Translations under genes and position numbers: made by a program | Part shown: positions 1 to 10,900 of the stretch, one piece after another | How positions within the stretch are numbered: position 1 is the stretch's first letter | How the letters are laid out: every line of letters starts with the position of its first letter | Notes under the pieces: generated by a model | Told to the model about the DNA's origin: nothing | Databases searched by the model: none | Seen by the model: the letters and a program-made list of their open reading frames with translations, nothing else | Assembly: GCA_001643675.2 (NCBI GenBank) | Contig: LSRY02000016.1 | Span: 434,001-498,000 of the forward strand | From: Monocercomonoides exilis PA203 | Lineage: Eukaryota > Protista > Preaxostyla | DNA: 64,000 bases | Direction: 5' to 3'

Positions 1-1372
1 TTGCAAGCACAGAACGAAATGAGATTAAAAAGAAAGCAACGCCTTTTTCATAGGAAAAAAAAATTATTGATTCAAACCTCCATCCTTGTGATTTTGATTA
101 AGTATCGTTGAAAGAAAATACGCAAATGCTCCGATAAAACAATCACCTGCTCCGGATGTATCGACAACTCTGTGTTATTATTTTTGATTCATCGGTGATC
201 AATTTTTGAACATGAATATGAAGTTAGAAATAATTGGTATATCAAAAATTTCATAAAATAAATACATAACAAGCAGTAACTCATTCACACTTTTCGACTT
301 TAGGGCACGAAACATATATTGGCTGACTGCACCCACCGCTTTCTTCATCTCCCAGGGCAAATGAAGCACCCATACTTCCCAAAGTGACAAGAGACATCTT
401 CAAAAAAGGCTTACCTGTGCTTGCTGGCTTTGACGACGATGAGGCGGAAGAAGCCTCTTTTGAAAGCAGATGAAGCTTGGAATGAAGTTCAGCGACTGAA
501 ACTTCATTTTCCTATTGATGTTAACAATATGGATAAAGATTCAGATAAAAAAAATTAATTACAAAAAATTGTACAAATAAATACCTTTGCTTCTCCTTTA
601 ATAGTGATTTCTTTTGTAGTATTAAATCCGCACATTGCCAATGCTTCAATTTCATTTGGAACAACAATGCTTGTTGCATTTATTAAACCAAAAGGAATTG
701 GAGATTCCACTTTACATTCTGGTGTACAAGTTGCATTTCCTGCTGGAACAGGTGCTGGATTGAGTATTGTCACCAATCCATGCTTTTCTGCAATTTCAAG
801 CGCGAATTGAGATATTTCTATTGGTATTTCAAGTTGAACGATCATGATCTTTCAAAGTTTGGCGTGATAAAGGTGCAACAAAAAGAAATAACATTCAATT
901 ATTTTTTAAAAATTACACAAGCGCTTCGAAGCTAAATTGAAAATACCTTTGAATGCGCAATAATATGTTCTGCAGACAGAATATCTTCACGTGTTATTAG
1001 ATCATTTGCTCCATTCACAATTACAATTGCATTTCTTCCATCTTCATCCACAAAAATTGGAGCAACCCCACTTGATGCTTTTGATGTGCTTTGGAAATAT
1101 GTGGTGTCTATGTCCAACGATTTTAAATTTTCAATCATTCCTTTTCCAAAGAAATCTTCACCAACTTTTCCTATAAACATTGACTTTGCTCCCAATTTCG
1201 CTGCGGCAGCAGCTTGATTTGCTCCTTTACCGCCGAATCCTGTGGAAAAGCTTGACCCATGCAAAGTTTCTCCAATAAGAGGAAGTCTTGGAACATTTGC
1301 AATCAAATCCATATTTGAAGCTCCAACAACAACAATATCCGGGTATTTTTGAACACTTTTTTCTTCAGACAT
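1..1372 (-). CDS. RBKS: Ribokinase (PfkB family), spliced; 3' end runs off the window
   Basis: N-terminal VVVGASNMDL and GGKGANQA (PfkB signature 1), plus QLEIP, NPAP and PNEIEA. Exons join in frame across GT-AG introns at 849-946, 512-584 and ~170-290, giving VTLGSMGA and VVDTSGAGDCFIGAF (PfkB signature 2). Confidence 0.93.
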
Positions 1373-1954
1373 GATTACAATCTGATAATATTTTCCTTTT
1401 GATATTTAAATCTTTTTGAACTGTTAAAAAGGAATTAAAAAAATACCTAATTGATCAGACCATCCCTTGCTAAAAATACAATTTCATGCATGCGAACAAT
1501 TGTTATTCCAATGACTTTAAAAGAAATTAATAATAATAATAATAATAAAATACTCACATTCAATAACTCAATCAATTATCAAATATCACATTTATTTGAA
1601 AACAAAAAACTGGTTAATACTCAAAATAAAATTCAATATTTACTAGATAAGCCAAAATTGTAACAAAATGTTAAATATATCTTTTGTTACTCGTTCGTTC
1701 AATGCAATTGAAGGCTAAAATTGTAATAAGCAAAATCCTTTTTAAAGCTAACAAGCCTTTCACAAAAATGTAAGTTGTGCGAAATCAATAAAAAAATAAA
1801 CATGAAATCAGATACTGCCACATTATCTGCATCAAGTCTATAATAATATTCATCATCATCATCATTACAATCATCTATTTATCGATCCATTCACTTCCCT
1901 CTCCATTTCATTTCATTTCATTTCACTTCACTTTTCATTGGCCCTCAGCTTCAC

Positions 1955-4900
1955 TCAATCCTCCTTCTCCTCCTTCCTCTCCTCCGAATGCCCATTTGCA
2001 TCACTCTTCCTTTTCTGCTCACTTTCCTGTGTGCTTTTGTGGTGGAAAAGTTGATTCTGTTGTTGACTATGCTGACTGTGGTGGTGGTGGTGGTGGTGGC
2101 TGTGTCTGCTGTGGTGTCTGCTGTGGTGTCTGCTGTGCTGGGGGTGTCTGGGCGACACATTCAGCGAAGGGAAGGTGGTGGGAGTGATCAGCTGGGCTGC
2201 TGGCAGAGCAGCCTGGTGGATTGGCGTCGATTGCATAGACGAGTGGAGATTGGAGGAAGCAGAGTAGCCAGAGTAAGGAGAGGAAGACAGCAAGTTGCTG
2301 GAGGAGTCGCTGAAGTAGTCTTCGCTCTGGGAGAAGGCAGAGGACAGTGTGTTGTCCCCGCCGATGCTGCTGGCACCGTCGCTGTCGTCGGCATCGCCTC
2401 CAATTGACATGTCTTTGTCGTTCTCTTCATCACTGGCTGTGCTGTCATCGTCGTCATCATCATCTTCTTCTTCATCGTCATCATCATCTTCTGTATTGCT
2501 TGTGCTGCTGCCGCTTCTGGATGCAAATGATCCTCTGCTTCTGTGTGAATTCAATGAGGAAGAACGCGATTTCATTGAAAGAGATGAAAATCTGGTGCCT
2601 GAAAGAGACATCTCATGCAAGCGCATAAGAGTGCCTGGAGATGAAGGAGAAACAGTCGAAGTGGAAGAAGAAGAAGAAGAAGAAGAGGAGGAGGAGGAAG
2701 ATGATGCTGAAGAGGAGGAAGAAGAAGACATGTGTTGATTTGAAAGTGGAGATACAGCTGTGGAGAGAATGTGTTGTGCTTCATTCAGAGATGAATAGGG
2801 GAAGCAGGAATGGTCAACATCAGGAGAAGAAAAGGAAGAAGAAGAAGAAGAGGAGGAGGAGGATGAGGAGGAGGATGAAGAGGAAGAGGAAGAAGTTGAT
2901 GATGATTGCATAATATTTGAAGTGTCAGAGGACAAAGAAGGAAAAGAGACCAATGAGGGAGAAAAAGCTGTTTGTGAAGTGATAGCTGAAGATTGGGAGC
3001 TGAGGTTGTAGTGATGGTGATGAGGCGTGATGAAGATGATTGCAGAAGGAGAAGACAAGCCATCTTCATCGGAAGAATTATGAGGCAAGGAATAAGATGG
3101 AGGTACTGATGATAGAGAAGAAGAAGAAGAAGAAGATGATGATGATGAGTTCAGATTGGATAACTGAGATTGCTGATGCAAGTAATGTTTCTGCGATTGA
3201 GGCGACAAGAAGGAAGAAGAGGAAGAGGAAGAGGAAGGAGAAGTTGGAGTGTTGTGAGAAGAAGAGGAAAGTGAATGGTCAGACAGAAGAGTGGGTGTAA
3301 GGGCATCAGAGGAGGATGTGAGAGACAAAGAAGTTGATGGAGAAGAAGAAGAGGAAGAGGAAGATGTTAAAGAAGAAGAATTTATGTTAGAATTAGCAGA
3401 AGAAGATGATGTGGAGGAAGAAGAAGAAGAAGTATTGCCAGCTTGTTTAATAGGCGAAGATGAAGGAGAAGGCGAAGGAGAAGGCGAAGAAGGAGAAGCA
3501 TACGACGAATGAGACGAAAGAAGAAACTGAGGCGAAAGAGAATCAACAACCGGATTTTGCATCCCATTTGGAGGAGCAAGCATCGAAGAAGATAGGAGAG
3601 GAGATGTCTCAATGGGAATGGAGAGAGGCATCGGGAGGGCGAAAGGGAGGGCAGACGAAGAAGGAACAGGCAGAACAGAAAAGGGGTTGGGGCGGTTGTC
3701 CTTCGAGATGGAAGGAGGCGGGGTGCTGGGCTGTGCAGAGAGGAAAGGAGGAGCGATGGAAGATAAGTCAGAGACAAGGAAAGAAGAAGCAGCAGTTGAA
3801 TTGAGCGAAGGGGAGGAGTGGAAGGCAGGCATTGAGGAAGAAGCGCCGACTTGTGAGAGGACTTGTGTGATGGAGTATTCAGCCACGTTGTCGTGGCTGG
3901 CGTGTGCTTGTGAATGTGAATGGGAGTGTGAATGGGAGTGGGTGTGTGAATGAGCGTGCTGAAGAGAATGGGATTGGGAGTTGGGTGTGTTGAGGGAGGC
4001 AGCAGAGGACAGAGTGGAGTGCAGGCGTGTCTCTTCATTGCCCTGCGAGTAGTCGACAGAGTAAGTGCGGTGGGTGTGCAGAAGAGCAGGGGACGCTGTG
4101 CCGAGGTCGTGTTCAGCAGGCATTGGGGCGACAAAGGTGTTGGCGACGAGAGAAGACGAGAAGGAAGAGAAGGATTCAGATGGGGAGACAGACAGAGGCA
4201 GAGGCACATCCATCTGCGAGGTGTGGGTGTGGTGGGCAGGTGTGGCTTGGCGGAAGGGGGTGGCAGTGTGGGGAGGAGAAGGGACGAAGGGAGTGGCAGA
4301 GGAGAGGGAGGAGTTGGATCTGCGATGAGATGGGGTGTTCAGAGAGTTTGCTTGGGAGTGGGAATGGGAATGGGATTGGGAATGGGAGCGTGTGCGAGAT
4401 TTTGAATGAGAATGAGAATGAGAATGAGAATGAGAATGAGATCTGGAGTGGTTGGAGGCGTAAGAGCGAGAATGAGAATGAGAATGGACGCGCCGTTGAG
4501 AACGTGAGTGTGAATGGGAATGAGAGTGAGAGTGTGAGTGAGAGTGTGAGTGAGAATGGGAATGTGAATGTGACCGGATGTGTGTGGACTCAGAGGCGAA
4601 GGAGACAGGAGAGAGAGGCAGAGAGAAGGAGAGGGAATGAGAATGAGGAATGGAACTGCCATTGCCGTTGGCGGGTGTTGGAGACGAGGAAGAGGAAGAG
4701 GAAGGAGAAGAAGAGGAAGAAGAAGCAGAAGAAGAGGAGAAAGAAGAGCCGAAAGATGAAGACATAAGAGAGGTTGGTGGGGATGTGGAGGTGAAAGAAT
4801 GGCTGGTGGAGAACAAAGAGGAAGAGGAAGAAGAGATTATGGATGACAGAACAGCAGGAACAGACCGGGAAGGCGCAGGGAATGCTTGGTCGGATGCGAA

Positions 4901-7900
4901 TGAGCGGTGGGAGGCAGAAAAAGTGAGGGTGTCGATGGCATTCAGATCAGAAGAAGAAGAAGAAGAGGAAGAGGAGGAAGAGGATGTTGATGTGAGAACA
5001 TTCAATTGGAGTGCAGAGAGGCTGGAGGGGAGGATGGCTCGAGAATGGGGAGAGGAGTTTGGTTTCTGTTTGTTGATATTTGGAAGAATAGAAGAAGAAG
5101 AAGAAGAAGAGGAGGAGGAAGAAGAAGAATTCAAAGGAGAGATTGAGGGAATATTAGAAAGAGGATTTGTCAGAGAAAAGTTGTAAACAGCTTCTGGGCG
5201 ATGGATTGCACTTGGCCAACTGAATGTTTGCGGCTCAGACAGATTCATTGAAGAAGGATTAGAGGAAGAGGAAGAGGAAGAGGAAGAAGAGGAAGAGGAA
5301 GAAGAAACTTTGGATTCATTTATTTCATTCACGGAAGAAGAAGAGGATGTTGAGTTATCAACAGGATTTTGGAGTGAGTGAAGAGAAGATTTTGATATTT
5401 CAGATGAATTCAATGCAGAAGCAGAGGAAGAGGAAGAAACAGAAGAAGAGGAGGAAGAAGAAGGCGAAGAAGGAAAAGCCAACAAGTTTTGAGTGTTCTG
5501 TGCGTGGTAATCTGATTCCTGTGTCAGCATCTTCTGTTCAACTCCATTCAATGCAGATGAAGTAAATGCATTGTTATTCTGCACGTTTTGAGGATACAAT
5601 GAATTACTCCCAATAGAAGATGGCTGCTGAACATAACTTTGCTGCTGCTGTTGTTGTTGAGCTATTGACAATGAAGATGTGTTAACAGCAGAAGCAGAAG
5701 AAGCAGCTGAATGCATAGCATTACTTGAAGCATCCCTTCCATTCATTTGTGCTGATTGCTTTGTGTTTTCGCTGTCTCCATCGATGCTGAATGACTCATT
5801 GGTTCCGATTGCTACGATCTCTCCAGTCTGAGTGATGGCTATTCTGGGTGGTTGGCTAAGCATCGGTGCAATGGAAGAGGAATATGGAGAGTACAAAAGG
5901 CTTTCATTTGGTGCTAGTCCTGGTGAGGAGGTGGAAGAAGAAGAAGAAGAAGAAGAAGAAGATGATGATGATGATGAATTTGTATGCTGCTGCTGCTGTT
6001 GTTGTAATTGTTGAGGATTCTTTGGTTGTGGAGGAATAAACTGCGAAGAAGTGTTCGAAGAACTCGAAAGATTAGCAGAATTAGCAACATTTGCAGTATT
6101 TGCAGCATTTCCAGCATTGGCAGGCGAACTTTGATTGGTTTGTGGAGAAAGCGAAGGGAACGAGAGATATTGCGATGCAGGATATGACAGATAGGGGTGC
6201 TGTGCTGACATGCCCTGCAGTTGATTCATCATCATCATCTGTTGCTGTTGTTGTTGTTGCTGCTGCTGCTGTTGTGGTTGATAGGCAGCGTTTGAGACAG
6301 GCATAAGAGAAGGAGGAAGGACATACGAGGCAGAAGGGACAGGAGAGCGATAGGCAGCGAGTGGAAGAGGATACGATGGATTGCTTCCCAAATATGGCTG
6401 CTGAATGGAAGAAGAAGAGGAAGAGGAAGAGGAAGAAGAGGAGGAGGAGGAGGAAGAAGAGGAAGGAGGAGGCATTATTGAAGGCTGGTTGGAGAGAGAA
6501 TCGAGTTGTGGGTGAGGGAAAGAAGAATAGAGGAGATGAGGAGAGGTTGCAAATGCAGATGCATTTGGGAGAAGTTGCGGGGAGTGCATTTGAGAATTCA
6601 TAGAAGAAGAAGCAGAGGAAGAAGTAGTAGTAGTAGTAGCAGATGATGATGATGATGATGATAAAGTGACTTGTGGACGATACATTTGCATGTTGTTCAG
6701 ATAAGTTCCATTTGCACTTTTCTTGTTTGCTTCTTCTTCTCTCTCAGCATTCTTCGCAATTCCATTCAAAAATCTCCCTTTCTCTTTTCCTTCTTCCTTT
6801 CCTTTCCCTTCTTCATTCTCTCCTCTTCCTTCTCCTCCTCCTCCTTCTCCTTCCTCCTCCTCGTCTTCCTCTTCAATCATCTTCAGCTCATCTATCGAAG
6901 GGATACGAGGCCTCTGAGGGATTCCAATCAAAGATGCACCGAAAGAAGAGGCAGACGATGACGGGAGCGGAAGCAAGTTCGACTTCGACGCAGAAAACGG
7001 GCCAGACGAAGAATACGGGCGGATCAGCTTGAAAATGGCTGCAGATGCCTTTGAAGAGAGCACATGGGGGTGGGAATGGCTGGAGTTAACTTGAGTGTTT
7101 GAGAGAGAGTTTTGTGAAGAGCTGTCTTGTTCTGTCTGTTTCTGCCTGCGACGAGAAGAAGATTTCCCCTGCAATGCATTTGAGCTGTTTTGTGCAGACT
7201 GCACAGAAACACCTGCAGAAGCAGTTGAAGAAGAAGAAGAAGAAGCAGAAGAAGCAATAGAATTCATTCCAGCTGCCTGAACCACATTCACTTTGCCTGC
7301 TTTCCTCTTTGCGAGCTGTGGATGTGACGGTGGAGGGAAAGGAGGCTGTGAAAGTGACGTCTTCATGTTGTCCAGTCGAGTGAAGATGTGTTTGGGAACA
7401 TCGTTTCTCTGCTCAATGAGCGAGGCAATGGGCAGCAGAGCAGCAGCGATGAGTGTCTTTGTGTTGGGAGAGGCGTAGTCGAAGATCTTCTGCACGACAT
7501 AGTTGCCAAACGAGTCTGACAGGAGGAACATGAGCGGATGGGTCAGCAGAGAGGACAGAGGAGGCTGGGCGGAGGTGGATGCAGCAGAAGAAGCACCACC
7601 ACTTCCAGCACTGCCACCAAGAAAGAACGGAGTGGGTGAGGAGTTGTAGTATGCGCCATTGCTGCCTGCAGAGTTGGCAGAACCAGAAGATGATGATGAA
7701 GAAGAAGAACCAGGTGCATTTGGCTGATTGTTGACTGGCTGGATGCGCGGTGGGTTCACTCTTCCACCATAAGTAGACATAATCTCCAGGATCACCTGTG
7801 TCTTCACCGGCTGCTCAACCCTCTCGACAATCTTCTCCATCACATTCGAGCCGAACTTGTGACGCGACAGCTCAAAGAAATGACCACTCAGCTGCTGAAC

Positions 7901-10900
7901 AAGCTGAGTCCGGATCTTCTCATGTGGATTGAGAACTGAAGAAGACTGATTTTTGCTAAGCTGTGCGGATGTGGATGGGGTGTTTGTTAAATCTTTCTCT
8001 CCTTTTTTCTCTTTGTGCAATAGAGAATTCGCATCATCTCTTCCACCAGACTCAGTTGCTGCCATCGATGCCATCGCTTTATCATCAGCATTTTTCCTCT
8101 TTTCTGCTGCTTTGTGTTCTGCTCCTTGTTCCTCTTCATCTGCCTGCTCTTCATCTTCGTCGTCGCAGTAGACAATCATGTGCTGTATGACATAGTTTCC
8201 ACTCTGGTTGAACGACAACTCCTTCGCAAATGGCATCAGAGAAACAGCCAGCTGCCTTCTTTGTGAAGCGGACGAGTGTTCAAACAGACGCTGGATGATG
8301 CGGCAGCCGTATGTGTGGGAGGCAATGGAGAAGATGAGACTTGAGGAGGAAGAAGATGACAAGGAAGAGGAAGAGGAAGGATGAGGTTTGGCATTGGATG
8401 GAGATGAACGAGAAGAGAATGAATGGTCAGAATTATTGCTATGGGCAGAAGAAGAAGAAGAAGAAGAAGTTGATGAAGTTGACAACAATGACGAATTCGT
8501 CTTATTCACTTCAGTGAATGTGTCAATCAAGCTCTGCAGCTCTTCACTAGGCACACACTCCACACAGCGCTGGAGGACATGATTTGCGTTCTGGTCGAAG
8601 ATGCAGTCAACCGCGTGAGGAAAAATCTCTCTTGCCGCTACCACACAGGAGCCTTCATCGATCACATCCAGCGCCTTCTGCACCACACGGCAGGCGAATG
8701 GGTGGATGGCCAGCTGGAACAAGTTGCCTGTCAGACACTGCAGAATACGGTGGATCTGATACGCATTCCCTACATCGAAGAACTTCTGGATGACATAGTT
8801 GGAGAAGGGGTCGCGGCAGAGCGAGAGGACACACTGTTTGTTGAGAGGGTAGAAGCGGTAGTCGAACGCAGAGAACAAGGGAAGAGTGTCAGAAGAAGAA
8901 GGAGATGTTAAAGAAGAGGAAGAAGATGGAGATTGATGCGGAGAAGAAGATTGGGGTAATGTATTTACCGCATTTTGCTTCGCATATCCAAACACCTTCT
9001 CCCCAGCCGAACCTTCTTCTTTCTCCTTTGCTTTCTCCTTCTCCTTCTCCTTCTCCTTCTCCCTCTCTCTCAGCACCGCCATCTGCTCCTCAAACTCCCC
9101 CTTGTCCAGTGCCAGCTCCATCAGAATCGTCTCCATCTCGTCTTCGCTGCACTGCTCGAGAAACGCCTGCAGCAGACGGGAGCCGCACTGGTCAGCCGAC
9201 AGAGGAAGCAGATGGGACCTCATCAGAGAAAGAGGGAAGCGGCTGTTTGCATTGCCCCGCAGCATCAGCACGAGGGGGTCTGAGTGTGGATGGGGGATGA
9301 ATGGGCGGTGGGAGGACTGAGAGGAGTACGAAGAGTGCAGAGTGGCCGACTCGGCATCAGAACTGGGTGTGACTGAGGAATAGCGAGAAGGATGAGGAGA
9401 GGGTGAGGGTGAGGGTGTGGTGATGGCTGTGGATGACATTGTGCCAGATCCTAAAGTTGAAGAGGAGGAGGAGGAGGATGAAGAAATAGAAGAAGTAGAA
9501 GATGTTGATTGTGCAGATGGAGGAATGCCCATGAAGTTATTTGACTGAGGTGAGTCAGGCTGCTGGTGCTTCGTCCTTCTTCCTGCTTTGCCCTGGCCGA
9601 GCTTCCCATTTCTGCGCCTCATCATATTCCCTTGTCTCTGCACTTGTGGGAACTGCTGCTCAAACACCACATTATTCTGCACAAATGGCTGCATTGATTG
9701 TGCTCCAACTGGATTTGCCAGCCCCAAAATGGCAGCGTTTGCTGAGGGAAGTTGGATGTGTGCTGCCGCCGACGCAGCTGCTGTAGCTGCTGCTGCTGCG
9801 GGTGATGGTGCAATCATCAGCAGCTGGCCAGACGGGGCAGCTGCAGAAGAGGCAGCGGATAAAGCAGAGGCAGTAGAGGTGGTGGTGGTGGTGGTTGCAG
9901 TTGTGCTGGAGGAGACTGTTGCAGAGGATGAAGAAGACATCGACGACGCAGTTGTCTCATACGACGAGGCTGATGATTCATCTCCTTCAGAGGAATCATC
10001 GAAATTCCCATCTGATGTCCCACCTTCTCCTCCTTCTCCGCCAGCTGAAGACGACAATGAAGAGAGTGAGCCAGCTGTGTGGAGGCCATCGTGCGATGCC
10101 CTGTGGCGTGCTCGGCTGCTCTTCGACCGCTTTCGCCGGCGCGTCTTCTTCTGCCGCTGCCGCTGCTTCGTCTTCGACTTCGGCTTGGGCTTCGGCTCAG
10201 TGAATTGAGGATCGTTGAATGCAGAGGCAGACGAGGGAGGAAGCTGACGAGGCTGTTGCTGAGTGAAGGAAGAAGGAAGAGATGGATGAGATGAAAGAGA
10301 AGGAAGAGCAGGAAGGGCATTAAGAGTGTTGAGAGAAGGAGGATAGAACTGGCTCATCTGCATCTGCTGTTGTGTCTGCAGCTGAGTCTGCTGCAATTGC
10401 TGTTGAGGAGAAGAGAGCGAAGACATCTGAAGAGGCTGAAGGAACTGGAGCTCTTGTGGAGTCATCGAATAGGCAGGGAGAGCGATGCCCTGTGAAGAGG
10501 AAGGCCTGACTGATGGGTGAATGTGATAGAGAGAAGTAGAAGCAACAGTAGGAGCAGCACCAGCACCAGCACCAGCAGCAGTAGATGCGGATAAGGTGGA
10601 TGATGCAGAATTCAAAGGCTGAAAAGTGTAAGATGAAAGTATTTGCTGCTGAGAGGGGAGAGGAAAGCTCATGTTTCTTGGGCAAAATGGTGTGGCGTTC
10701 AGTGAAAGAGAGGAAGAGGCTGGTTTGAATTGCAGCTGGTTGGGCAAAACAGCGCCAGGCTGAGGCATCGCATTCTGCTGATGTTGTTGTTGTTGCTGCT
10801 GCTGCTGCTGTGATTGTGTTTGTGATTGCTGCTGTTGCTGTTGCGATTGTTGTGATGACTGTGACTGCATCTGTTGCTGAGGAATCTGAGTGCTCATCTG

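Noticed and set aside
1400-1954. Autoregulatory Pumilio element (UGUANAUA) in the Puf gene's own 3' UTR
   Set aside because: I found no exact match on the sense strand by eye, only a short (GAAAT)n run after the stop.
4350-4575. Regular GAATGA/GAGTGT hexamer arrays as CRISPR-like or satellite DNA
   Set aside because: There are no unique spacers, and the arrays are the in-frame (Ser-His)n coding repeats of the Puf gene.
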